Shown in pieces: positions 10,490 through 19,975 of a stretch of DNA of 64,000 nucleotides (position 1 is its first letter; every line of letters starts with the position of its first letter). Source of the DNA: a virus (lineage: Duplodnaviria > Caudoviricetes); the IMG/VR virus record IMGVR_UViG_3300020112_001004, positions 1-64,000 of that record; one strand, given 5' to 3'. Below the pieces are notes generated by a model. The model was not told the DNA's origin. It made no database searches and was given only the letters and a program-made list of their open reading frames with translations. The position numbers and the translations under genes were made by a program.

Positions 10490-10813
10490 ATGAGAAGAAT
10501 TACAAGAACACAAATTTGTAAAGCTACAAAAAGATATTACGAAGAGAATATTTTAGACGAGGAAGATGGTATAACCATAAGTAGGGCAGACATAGATAGA
10601 ATGCTGGAGGATTTAGGAGAAAAATTAGAAATATTAATAAAGGTGCTTGAAGAAGAGGAAGGGGATTTGTCGCTACGAATTGGAAATTTTGTTTTAGAAA
10701 AAAAGAAGTACAAGAGTTGCAAACGAAAAAATCCAAAAAATGGGATAGTGAACGAAGTGGAAGAAAGAGATAATTTTTTAATTAAATATAAAAAGACAGC
10801 TAGTAAAAAGTAA
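10490..10813 (+). CDS. HU/IHF-like DNA-binding protein
   Basis: IGNFVL...KRKNPKNG arm motif; small basic protein (cf. SPbeta YonN). Confidence 0.65.
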   Translation: MRRITRTQICKATKRYYEENILDEEDGITISRADIDRMLEDLGEKLEILIKVLEEEEGDLSLRIGNFVLEKKKYKSCKRKNPKNGIVNEVEERDNFLIKYKKTASKK

Positions 10814-10874
10814 CAAATTGGACAAGGTTGATAATAATATAATATAAAAAATAATTTAAAGTGGGGTAGATATT

Positions 10875-11225
10875 ATGGGTAGAATAGGATTTATAAAAGA
10901 AAACAAAGAGGAAAAAGTAAAAATAGATACATTAAAAAGAAAAAGAATCGGGTTTATAGACGACGAAATTAATGAGTTAGAACCTCATAGAAAAATTGGG
11001 ATAGGTTTCGTGAAGGAGAAAGAAAAAGAAGTTGTTACAAAAACAATAATAGAAGATATAAGGGAATATGATAAAGCGGTGGATAAATACTTAGAAAAAA
11101 ATAAAAAAAGATTAGAGCAATTAGAAAAACTTGCCAGAATAAAAAATGAAAGGATTACTATAATAGAAAAGGTTCAAGTACCGGTTAAAAAAGACGATAA
11201 GAAAATAATAATAGCTACTAAATAA
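10875..11225 (+). CDS. hypothetical protein with three IGF motifs
   Basis: RIGFI, RIGFI, IGIGFV; N-terminus resembles 46075 ORF (MGKIGFI). Confidence 0.7.
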   Translation: MGRIGFIKENKEEKVKIDTLKRKRIGFIDDEINELEPHRKIGIGFVKEKEKEVVTKTIIEDIREYDKAVDKYLEKNKKRLEQLEKLARIKNERITIIEKVQVPVKKDDKKIIIATK

Positions 11226-11228
11226 CTT

Positions 11229-11252
11229 AGGAGGGGTTGCCCTCCTTTTTTT
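11229..11252 (+). terminator. intrinsic terminator
   Basis: AGGAGGG-GTTG-CCCTCCT followed by long T run. Confidence 0.8.
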
Positions 11253-11319
11253 ATTTTAAAAGGTAACAAATTAAAAATAGTAGATAATAATATAATATAA
11301 AAAGAAAAGGGGTGGGAAT

Positions 11320-11841
11320 GTGATTAATAGAGAAGAGTTAAAAAACAAGTTTATTGAAAAGGTTATTTTATACAAAGGGAGTGAATTTAGAAACGCAGGT
11401 GCGGTTGGATTTTTAAAAAGGGAACCACTGTTAATAGGAGAGTTTAAAGTAAAAACAATATATGACGCATTAGAAAATAACAGGATTGTTGGGATAGCCG
11501 ACCTACTGACCGAAGAACAAATTAAAAATTACAATAAAGATTTTACACTTAGAGAAATTATTGTTGATAAAAAAAAGGTTAGAATATGTAATTTAAATAA
11601 TTACAGAGACGTTGTTGAAGGTGGGGTGAAAGCATGTATACCCTTAATATATAAAAACTATAAACAATATGGAGAGCCGTTTATGGAACGTTTTAAAAAT
11701 TACGAAGCTATGACAAGAAGTATAACGTTCGGGAACCGTTTGAACGACCGTAAATTAAGTATAATAATGAGCATATACACCGATTATATAGTAGAAAACA
11801 AAGACAAATTTCCAGAATTATATCTAGACATAATACTATAG
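11320..11841 (+). CDS. hypothetical protein, ELYLE-tag family
   Basis: ends KDKFPELYLDIIL; own motif-A repeat. Confidence 0.75.
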   Translation: MINREELKNKFIEKVILYKGSEFRNAGAVGFLKREPLLIGEFKVKTIYDALENNRIVGIADLLTEEQIKNYNKDFTLREIIVDKKKVRICNLNNYRDVVEGGVKACIPLIYKNYKQYGEPFMERFKNYEAMTRSITFGNRLNDRKLSIIMSIYTDYIVENKDKFPELYLDIIL

Positions 11842-11975
11842 GATTAAAAATTTTAAAATAGCAATAATTCGCCTCACGTTTTAAAATATGTGAGGTGAAT
11901 TAATTGGTAACAAATTGAAAACAGTAGATAATAATATAATATAACAAAATAATAATTTAAAAAGGAGACGATAAC

Positions 11976-12326
11976 ATGATAAACCAATCTTTATTAACAA
12001 AAGGTTCTGTAATATTTGCAGATTTAGGAGAAATAACAGGAGAGAACCATCTACAAAAAGGGAAAAGACCTTGTATAGTAGTAACAAACATAAAAGGAAG
12101 TAATAAATTAACAGTGATACCAGTAACATCACAAATTAAGAGAACTCAATATTTTAACCACGTGATTATAGAACAAGGAGAGGGAGGGTTAAATAAAGAA
12201 TCTATGGCTTTACTAGAAGATATTACTACAATAGCCAATAATCAAATAATTAACTCAATAGGTATGATTTCAGAAAAAACTGTCAATAATATAAATGTTG
12301 CATTAAGACAGTTGATAGCTGTATAA
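11976..12326 (+). CDS. PemK/MazF family endoribonuclease (second copy, no adjacent antitoxin seen)
   Basis: KGSVIFADLG...QKGKRPCIVV...VIPVTS...HVII...GLNKESMALLEDITTI, closely following the EndoA/MazF pattern. Confidence 0.88.
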   Translation: MINQSLLTKGSVIFADLGEITGENHLQKGKRPCIVVTNIKGSNKLTVIPVTSQIKRTQYFNHVIIEQGEGGLNKESMALLEDITTIANNQIINSIGMISEKTVNNINVALRQLIAV

Positions 12327-12350
12327 TATATTTAACTAGGAGGAGATAAT

Positions 12351-13628
12351 ATGAAAAGTTTAAAAGAATTAATGATACGACTTGAGGAGTATTTGTCAAA
12401 GCATGGGAAAGAAATAGAAGTGTCCAAAGCGATTAAAGAAGAATTCTTAGAAAAAGGATTGAGTCTAAGAACCACTAACTTATTAATAAACGGCATGGAA
12501 CTATCGGAATTGACAAAAGTTGAGCTTATAGCTATATCAAAAGCTCTACATAATTTAGGGATTGTAATATTTAATCCTAAAACATATTTTACGGAAAGTG
12601 AATTAAACGGATATAAAGAGTATAAACATAAACAAGAGGAGATAGAGGATATAATAGCCTTTGAGAACTGTATTAGTAATAAATTCGGTTCTGAATATAC
12701 AACTTGTTATGTTGATATTAATTTTATATATTGGTTAGTTAAAAATAGGATGATAGCGTATGATTTTGAAACTCAAAGGAATGCCAGATTAAAAAAACTA
12801 GGTGGGGGATATATTAGGAAGATTAATGTCAACAATAAAAGTGTCGAAGAAATTAAAAATTTATATCTTAATGGCAAAGCTTTTATAACCACTCTAACTT
12901 TAAATTTAGTAGGAGAAGGCGACATAAGATATGACGCAGATTCTAATTCTCTATTGATAGACACTAGAGAGGTTATATTAACTTGCATAGACGGGTGGCA
13001 CAGGATAAGTGGTATAGTTAAGGCTGTAGAGGAGGCTAAGCTAAATAATAAAACTTTAGAAGGTTATGTTAACATAAACATTGAAACATATACTGTTGAC
13101 GAAGCTAGGAATTTTATATTTGTTAATGAAAAGAAAAATGCAATAGATAAGAATTTCACCAAAACTTTATCTAATGATGAATATAATATATACGCTAAAG
13201 AAATAAATTTTTATGGAGATAAAAATTCCAATCCTCTTCATGGAGAGATAGCTATGGATTATAGTGAGCACAAGATACAAAAAACTAAAACAATCCAATA
13301 TATAATAGCAGAGGCTCTTAGAATTGCTAAGTACGAGGCTAGTGTTCTAAAAAGAAAAAAAGAAATCTGTGGGTTGATTGATAGAATTAATTATATAGTT
13401 GAATCTATAAAAGAAGAGACCGAATGTTTTAATGAGAGTGTTTTTAATTCAATGTATGTCTACGGTCTTTATATTCTGGTGAGCACTGAGAATGACTTTG
13501 AAACGCTTGAAAAAGACATAAGATTGATAATTAATAGCGAGGAGAAATTAAAAGCCTTGAAAACAGATTCAAAGGACTGTAGCATGGCTAAAATCAACAA
13601 GTTCTGGAGGGAAGTAAAATGTTTATAG
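12351..13628 (+). CDS. DGQHR/DndB-like (ParB/Srx fold) protein, SPbeta YopQ-like
   Basis: TQR...CIDGWHR...F...E signature; position upstream of recombinase-like gene. Confidence 0.7.
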   Translation: MKSLKELMIRLEEYLSKHGKEIEVSKAIKEEFLEKGLSLRTTNLLINGMELSELTKVELIAISKALHNLGIVIFNPKTYFTESELNGYKEYKHKQEEIEDIIAFENCISNKFGSEYTTCYVDINFIYWLVKNRMIAYDFETQRNARLKKLGGGYIRKINVNNKSVEEIKNLYLNGKAFITTLTLNLVGEGDIRYDADSNSLLIDTREVILTCIDGWHRISGIVKAVEEAKLNNKTLEGYVNINIETYTVDEARNFIFVNEKKNAIDKNFTKTLSNDEYNIYAKEINFYGDKNSNPLHGEIAMDYSEHKIQKTKTIQYIIAEALRIAKYEASVLKRKKEICGLIDRINYIVESIKEETECFNESVFNSMYVYGLYILVSTENDFETLEKDIRLIINSEEKLKALKTDSKDCSMAKINKFWREVKCL

Positions 13629-14548
13629 GATTAAAGAAAGAAAAAACAAGAAACAAGTTTCTAGAAAACAAACTGATATTTTTAAATGACGCAAAATATA
13701 GTGACCAGACCTGCGAGAACTATTATAGAATGTTTAAAAACTATTGTAACCAGTTGGAGGTTATATACGATAAAGATTTAATGTTTTTTAACCAAGACGA
13801 GATAGAGAACATATTAGACTTCGTCTCTACTTCTAGTAGCAAGACCAAAGAGAATTTAGCTAGTTTAATTAGAACATATTTAACTTATTGGAATAATAGA
13901 GAGGCAACTAAAACAAATATAAACTTTATAGACCTTATACCTAGAAGTAATATAGAAGTTATAAATAAACAAAGATTAAAAAATAAATATATTGGTTGGG
14001 ATAGGCTAAGAGATATTATAAAAGAAGCAAAAACAAAAATAGATATAAACCCTTTAGAAGAGTTGTGTGTGGTTTTGGGGAGATATGGATTAACCACCGA
14101 CGATATTCTAGAATTAAAGACATATAATATAGTAGATAATTTTTTAGTTATAAATGATAGGAAGTTTGATATTTCTTGTGATATTAAATTAATAGAGGAT
14201 TGTATTAATATGAAAGAGATTCTTTACAGGGGTGAACCAACCCTTTTAGAAAACGACGAAAAAATATTAAAACATATAATAGGAAGAGAAAATAACTATA
14301 GAGTTGTGAGAAGATATATTTATAAAATAATGAATGCAACTAATAATGATATAACCCTAAAAGATTTAAATAAGAGTGCTGTTTTTGACGAGATATTTAA
14401 TATATATAAAAGGAAAGGATTTTTAAAAACTGTAGATTTTAAAATAGCTTTAAAGAAAATAATGGGAAGAAAAGGGGAGTCATCTTATAGTTTATATAAG
14501 GGGGAGTTCTTGGTTTTATTCCCTAGTTTTAAAACTAAAATAACTTAA
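13619..14548 (+). CDS. tyrosine-recombinase-fold protein, probably catalytically dead (SPbeta YopR/MrpR-like repressor)
   Basis: integrase SAM-like N-terminus (T..NY..., KDL..FN..EI); YGLTTDDILELK lacks the catalytic Arg of the GxR motif; no HxxR. Confidence 0.6.
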   Translation: MFIGLKKEKTRNKFLENKLIFLNDAKYSDQTCENYYRMFKNYCNQLEVIYDKDLMFFNQDEIENILDFVSTSSSKTKENLASLIRTYLTYWNNREATKTNINFIDLIPRSNIEVINKQRLKNKYIGWDRLRDIIKEAKTKIDINPLEELCVVLGRYGLTTDDILELKTYNIVDNFLVINDRKFDISCDIKLIEDCINMKEILYRGEPTLLENDEKILKHIIGRENNYRVVRRYIYKIMNATNNDITLKDLNKSAVFDEIFNIYKRKGFLKTVDFKIALKKIMGRKGESSYSLYKGEFLVLFPSFKTKIT

Positions 14549-14781
14549 AAAATCAACGTAATTTCGTTAAATATTAAGCACCGTTTAAAAAGAATAACGA
14601 GTGGTAATATGAGATATATAACAATAAAAAATAAACAAAAAAACATTAAAAAATAGAGGTGGTTAGAAAAATGGGATTTAAGTATGGTGATTTAGAAATA
14701 ATAACACCAGAGGACAGATACACTCAAGAGGAGTGTACTGTTTTTTGTTTGAAAGAAAATAATTTAAAAGGGGAATGTGTT

Positions 14782-15330
14782 ATGGAAAATGAAATCAAAA
14801 ATAAGAATTTTGAACTAAGAGTAGCTGAAGGAGAGGTAGTTTTAGAGGCAGAAATAAAAAAAAATAAAATTAGAGGATTTGAAGTAGTTAAAGAAGAGCA
14901 CAGAAAATCTAAAGAGGCAGAAATAAAATTACCAATTAGAGGAGATAGAAGAAGTGCTGGATATGACTTTACTACACCAGTTGATATAGTTGTTCCAGCA
15001 CAGGGGGATAGCGAATTAATTTTTTTAGACATTAAAGCTTATATGCAGGAAGACGAAGTTCTAGAACTATATGTTAGAAGTAGTATAGGTATTAAGAAAC
15101 ATTTAATATTAAAAAACACTGTGGGTATAATAGATAGTAGTTATTATTCTAATCCAAACAACGATGGAAATATTGGCGTTAAATTCCACAATACTTCAGA
15201 CAAAGAAGTTGTTATACCAGCAGGGGAAAGAGTTGTGCAAGGTATATTTAAAAAATATTTAGTTATAGACGAAGATAATTTTATGCATGAAGAAAGAATC
15301 GGAGGATTCGGAAGCAGTGATAGAAAATAA
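14782..15330 (+). CDS. dut: trimeric dUTPase
   Basis: SAGYDF, RSS, GIIDSSY, GERVVQGIF, RIGGFGSS motifs; RBS before ATG 14782 (in-frame upstream starts 14659/14671 possible). Confidence 0.93.
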   Translation: MENEIKNKNFELRVAEGEVVLEAEIKKNKIRGFEVVKEEHRKSKEAEIKLPIRGDRRSAGYDFTTPVDIVVPAQGDSELIFLDIKAYMQEDEVLELYVRSSIGIKKHLILKNTVGIIDSSYYSNPNNDGNIGVKFHNTSDKEVVIPAGERVVQGIFKKYLVIDEDNFMHEERIGGFGSSDRK

Positions 15331-15425
15331 TTAAAAATATAGGAGGGGTTAACCCTCCATTACATAGCCAAAAAGGCATGTACCCACCTATTGGGGGTTA
15401 ATTTAAAAAGGAGATTCTTATTCAA

Positions 15426-16469
15426 ATGGGTAAATTTAATGATGTTTTAGAAAATGCGTTAGGAACTGTATTTAAAAACAAGTTAAAGGATTGTAAAATG
15501 AGTAGTGGCTTAATGGGAAAAAGTGTAATGTTATATGGCGATAATGGTACAGGTAAAAGTAAAATAGCCTCCGAACTTTGTGACAATGTAATTTTCTTGA
15601 GTTGCGAGAATGGATTAAATGCTATAGGAACTGCAAAATATATCAATATTAATTCGTGGATAGATTTTATAGATGCCTTAGACCGTCTAGAGAACAAAAA
15701 CCTTATTAATTTAATTGAACAAGGGGAAGAATTAGCTGTTGTTATTGACGGTGTTGATACATTAAATCTACATTGCCAAAGATATATTGCATCAAAACAT
15801 GGTTGTAAAACCATAGGTAGCATCCCACATGGAGTAGGTTGGGACGAATATAAGAAAGAGGCTCATACTCAGATGGCTAGGTTTGGACGATTACCATACC
15901 TAAAAGTCCAATTACTTCATGCAAAAGAAATTAATTTAGAACCAGACATGTCAAAACCTAAAAAACTGTATTACAATTTAGATTTAGACGATAGGTTTAA
16001 AGGGGCTTCATTAAAAGACACAGATATAGTATGCTATCTTAGTGGAGCTAGAGTTGGCGAAGCTGGTAATCAAATATTAAGTAGTGGTGTTTTTGTAAAA
16101 ACCGAAGAGAATTTTGCAAGATGCAAATATATGTCATTCCCTCCTGTTATAGAAGAAGTTTCAGCAGAAAAAATAAAAGAGGCACTAAAAGAAGCCATAG
16201 AGGAGGAGATGCAAGTGCAAGGGGTTAAATCTCACAATGTTATTGATATAATGAATGACCAAGCCAAAGAAGATAACAGAGAACACGACGATTTAATTCA
16301 AGAGTTAAAACAAATATGGGTTGCACTTGAAGAAGATGATAAAAAATTTGCTAAATTTAGTGACTTAATTCATGAAGAAATAGGTAGTGAAATTTCTATT
16401 TCTGAAACTAATTCCAGCCACGATGAAGCATTAAAATCACTAATAAGAAGAGCGAATAAACTAATTTGA
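15426..16469 (+). CDS. AAA_24 / Sak4-like ATPase (SPbeta YorG-like)
   Basis: MLYGDNGTGKS Walker A, ENGLNA, VVIDGVD, LLHAKE. Confidence 0.75.
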   Translation: MGKFNDVLENALGTVFKNKLKDCKMSSGLMGKSVMLYGDNGTGKSKIASELCDNVIFLSCENGLNAIGTAKYININSWIDFIDALDRLENKNLINLIEQGEELAVVIDGVDTLNLHCQRYIASKHGCKTIGSIPHGVGWDEYKKEAHTQMARFGRLPYLKVQLLHAKEINLEPDMSKPKKLYYNLDLDDRFKGASLKDTDIVCYLSGARVGEAGNQILSSGVFVKTEENFARCKYMSFPPVIEEVSAEKIKEALKEAIEEEMQVQGVKSHNVIDIMNDQAKEDNREHDDLIQELKQIWVALEEDDKKFAKFSDLIHEEIGSEISISETNSSHDEALKSLIRRANKLI

Positions 16470-16600
16470 TATAGGTAATAAATTAAATCAACCAGATAAT
16501 AATATAATATAAGACAGTGGAAGTCGATAAAGACTTCCACTACATAGCCAAAAGGTCATGTACCTAAAATAAAAATATAATAATTTAAAGGGGTGATATC

Positions 16601-17548
16601 GTGAGGAAATTAACTATTGAGTTTATTAAAGAAAAATGTAGAGAACATGGAGTAGAATGTTTAGAGGAAGAATATATAAATAACAAAATTGGAATGAGAT
16701 TTAGATGTAAATGTGGAAATGAATATAAGGCATGTTGGGGTGATGTTACTAATAAGGAACAATGGCAGTGTTCAGAGTGTAATGGTAAAACAAAATGGAC
16801 TATAGAAGAAATTAAAAGAATATGTAAAGAACACGATATAGAATGTTTAGAAAAAGAATATGTAAATAATAATACTAAAATGAGATTCAAATGTAAATGT
16901 GGAAATGAATATGAGGCAAGATGGAGTGATGTTACTAGAAATAAACAACGGCAATGTCCAGAATGTAGTTTAAAAAATAAAGCAGAAAAACAAAAATTAG
17001 ATTTTAATGAAATTAAAAGAATATGTAAAGAACATGGAGTAGAATGTTTAGAGGAAGAATATATAAATGCTAAGACTAAAATGAGATTTAAATGTAAATG
17101 TGGAAATGAATATAAAACACAATGGAAAGGTGTTACTAGGTTTAATCAATGGCAATGTCCAGAATGTAGTGGTAAAACCAGCAAAGGAGAAAAATACGCA
17201 ATAGAATTTTTAAACAAAGAAGGAATACAATTTAAAACACAAGAATCTTTAGGATGTATAAACCCAAAAACAAAAAAACAATTATACTATGATTTTGTAA
17301 TAGATAAAATAATTATAGAAATAGACGGAGAACAACACTATAGACTAGTGAATTTTGGGACTACAGAAGAAAAAGCTGAAGATGATTTTAATAAAGCTAA
17401 ATATAGAGATAAAATTAAAGAGCAATATGCTAAAGATAATGGTTATAAATTATATAGAATAAAATGGTTTGGTAGTGCCACTAATGAAAATATAAAAAAA
17501 TTGAACTTAGAGCTAGAAAAAATATTAAAAGAAAATAATTTGATATAG
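16601..17548 (+). CDS. putative homing endonuclease: CxC...CxxC zinc-finger repeats plus DUF559/Vsr-like nuclease domain
   Basis: three FKCKCG...QCPEC repeats; SKGE...YDF...IEIDGEQH...D..K..YA C-terminal domain. Confidence 0.75.
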   Translation: MRKLTIEFIKEKCREHGVECLEEEYINNKIGMRFRCKCGNEYKACWGDVTNKEQWQCSECNGKTKWTIEEIKRICKEHDIECLEKEYVNNNTKMRFKCKCGNEYEARWSDVTRNKQRQCPECSLKNKAEKQKLDFNEIKRICKEHGVECLEEEYINAKTKMRFKCKCGNEYKTQWKGVTRFNQWQCPECSGKTSKGEKYAIEFLNKEGIQFKTQESLGCINPKTKKQLYYDFVIDKIIIEIDGEQHYRLVNFGTTEEKAEDDFNKAKYRDKIKEQYAKDNGYKLYRIKWFGSATNENIKKLNLELEKILKENNLI

Positions 17549-17606
17549 GTAACAAATTAAATCAACCAGATAATAATATAATATAAAGATTAGCGAGGTG
17601 AATGAT

Positions 17607-17693
17607 ATGTTATTAATAGCTTCACTAGGAATTATTAGTTGGGTGGCGATTATGTTTGCAGTTACATGCTCATTACATGAACATGAGAAATAG
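17607..17693 (+). CDS. 28-aa hydrophobic peptide
   Basis: GAGGTG RBS, MLLIASLGIISWVAIMFAVTCSLHEHEK, behind motif-A repeat. Confidence 0.5.
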   Translation: MLLIASLGIISWVAIMFAVTCSLHEHEK

Positions 17694-17806
17694 TTTATGG
17701 ATTAAATATTTTTAAACAAAAGGAAGTCAACAAAGACTTCCAATACATAGCCAAAAAAGGTATGTACCCACTCTTAGGGGTTAATTAAAAAAAGGAAGGG
17801 TTTTGT

Positions 17807-17962
17807 ATGAGAAAAGCACTATCAAAAGTTTTTTCAAAACGTTTTTTCAGTAATATTGACCTAGAACGTATTTTGGGATTAATGCTATCGTTTATTGATG
17901 CAATATGTTTAATACTTTTTTTCATAATGGTTGTATCTGGTTTATATTATGTCTTGTTTTAA
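17807..17962 (+). CDS. 51-aa membrane peptide, truncated paralog of 18066..18392
   Basis: MRKALSKVFSKRFFSNI vs MREALSKEFSKRFYSNI. Confidence 0.6.
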   Translation: MRKALSKVFSKRFFSNIDLERILGLMLSFIDAICLILFFIMVVSGLYYVLF

Positions 17963-18065
17963 GTGGGATAATGAGAAACACAAGGAGGATTAATTCCTCC
18001 GTTACATAGCCAAAAAAGGCATGTACCTACTCTTGGAGGGGTTAATTTAAAAGGATGGGTTTTGT

Positions 18066-18392
18066 ATGAGAGAAGCACTATCAAAAGAATTTTCAAAACG
18101 TTTTTACAGCAATATTGGAGTAGATTGTATTTTGGGATTGGTACTATCACTTATTGGCGTAGACTGTTTAATAGTTTTTTTCATATTGGATTTAATAGCG
18201 TATTTAATTTATATTATACCTTGTTTAAGAAAACGCCCAAATTTTTTATTAAAGGATATAATATTTGAAATTATGTTTTCGGCTTTATTTGTTTTTATTA
18301 GTTGTTCATATCCAATTTTAGCAGTAAGATTAATATTGGCAATATTAGGATGTATATCTTTTATTATATTATTTAACTACAAGGAGGATTAA
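18066..18392 (+). CDS. membrane protein
   Basis: 108 aa, several hydrophobic segments. Confidence 0.7.
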   Translation: MREALSKEFSKRFYSNIGVDCILGLVLSLIGVDCLIVFFILDLIAYLIYIIPCLRKRPNFLLKDIIFEIMFSALFVFISCSYPILAVRLILAILGCISFIILFNYKED

Positions 18393-18464
18393 TTCCTCCA
18401 ATACATAGCCATAAGGCATGTACCCACTCTTAGAGGGGTTAATTTAAAAAAGGATGGATTTTTT

Positions 18465-19433
18465 ATGGAAAATTTAAAAGTTGTTAATCAAGTTAGTATT
18501 AGTGGAAGAATAGTAGAGTTTAAAGACGGAAAATTTATCTCTTCTGATTCAAAAGAAAATAAAAAAGATTTTAAAGGTATTGTACCAGACTCTCATAGAA
18601 TAGCAGTTGCTGGTAAACTAGTGGTTCGTACTGTTCATGGGGACGTAGAAGTAAAAGTTTACGTAGGAAGATATAAAAAAGATGGTTCAGAAAAGAAATC
18701 TTACACTTATCTTTCTAATATTTTAGAGAAAAAAGTTCCTGTTTTAAGTAACTGTGAAGATAAAGAAGATGTACCAGTTATAAAAATATTTGGAAATAAT
18801 AACTATTGCCCACAAATAAAACCTAACAAATTTGTAAAAGATGGAGAGGTCAAAAAACCAACAAATATAGATTTTGGTAATTTCTCTGTTATAGTAGAAT
18901 CTGATATTGATTTAGAAGATACAAAAGTTGAGTTCAATATTGTTGGAGTTGTAAAAAAAATAGAAGATGAAAAAGTTGACGATGTAGCAACTGGCAGAGC
19001 AATATTAAAATTAATAATGATTGATGATTACAAAGAAATGGCATATGATGTTAAAATAATAGTAGAGAAAGATATAGTAGATGATTTAAAAACCGAAGTG
19101 GAAATAGAAGATAGAGTTATAGTAGGTGGGATTGTTAAAACAACAACTGTGGAAAACAAAAGTAAATCCTCTGGAAGAGCAATAGGAGTAATCAGAAGGG
19201 TTAATGCTTCTAAAGAATTTAAAAGAACTGAGTATGTGTTACAAGGATTAGATTTCATTAGCAGAGACAGTGAAGAATATATATTAGATTCAGTATTAGA
19301 TATAGCTTTAGAAAAAGCAAAAGAGGACGACGCTAAACTAATAGCAATTAAACAAGAAAGTGATAAGAAAGAAGATAAACCAGCTCCTGCTTCTGGAATT
19401 GGCAAGAAATCTAGATTAGCTGATAGATTCTAG
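18465..19433 (+). CDS. probable phage single-stranded DNA-binding protein (tandem OB folds)
   Basis: NQVSISGRI and EFNIVGVV OB-like starts; location between Sak4-like ATPase and RusA; low-complexity tail ending in F. Confidence 0.55.
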   Translation: MENLKVVNQVSISGRIVEFKDGKFISSDSKENKKDFKGIVPDSHRIAVAGKLVVRTVHGDVEVKVYVGRYKKDGSEKKSYTYLSNILEKKVPVLSNCEDKEDVPVIKIFGNNNYCPQIKPNKFVKDGEVKKPTNIDFGNFSVIVESDIDLEDTKVEFNIVGVVKKIEDEKVDDVATGRAILKLIMIDDYKEMAYDVKIIVEKDIVDDLKTEVEIEDRVIVGGIVKTTTVENKSKSSGRAIGVIRRVNASKEFKRTEYVLQGLDFISRDSEEYILDSVLDIALEKAKEDDAKLIAIKQESDKKEDKPAPASGIGKKSRLADRF

Positions 19434-19441
19434 GGGACTAA

Positions 19442-19903
19442 ATGGGAAGAGAAAGTGTTGAACTAGTATTTAATAAAGAAAGCATGGATGAGTATAATAG
19501 AGAATATCTAGAAACTCATCCAAGAGCTAAAAAGAACCCGATAGATAGTGTATTCATAACTACACTAAATAAGATGTTGATTACGCCTAATAGAATGGTG
19601 GCTAATGGCAACAAACAACGCTATGAGGCATATATTAAATGGATGATTGAAAAGAATGAGTTGCAGGGTTTAAAAATAATGAAGTGTGATGTGGAGGTAG
19701 AATTAACGTTTGGTAACAAGCGACTTCATGACCTCGATAATAGTCAAGCAGTTTTAAAGTATATATTTGATGCAAGTGTTGACGCTGGGCTATTGGTAAA
19801 AGATGATTATTTTCATGTTGAATCAGTTTTTACTCACGCTAAATATGAAAAAGGAACGGAAGAATTACGGATAGTATTCAAAAATATTAAATTGGAGGAG
19901 TAA
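19442..19903 (+). CDS. RusA-like Holliday junction resolvase
   Basis: RLHDLDN...K...D...GLLVKDD motif. Confidence 0.8.
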   Translation: MGRESVELVFNKESMDEYNREYLETHPRAKKNPIDSVFITTLNKMLITPNRMVANGNKQRYEAYIKWMIEKNELQGLKIMKCDVEVELTFGNKRLHDLDNSQAVLKYIFDASVDAGLLVKDDYFHVESVFTHAKYEKGTEELRIVFKNIKLEE

Positions 19904-19975
19904 TCCTCCAGTACATATATAATAATATGTCTCACCAAAGTGAGTAATAAAATAATTTAAAGAGGGTGTTGTTTG

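Noticed and set aside
13619-14548. Active integrase with att site
   Set aside because: Catalytic Arg and HxxR residues are not evident, and no att-like junction is seen.
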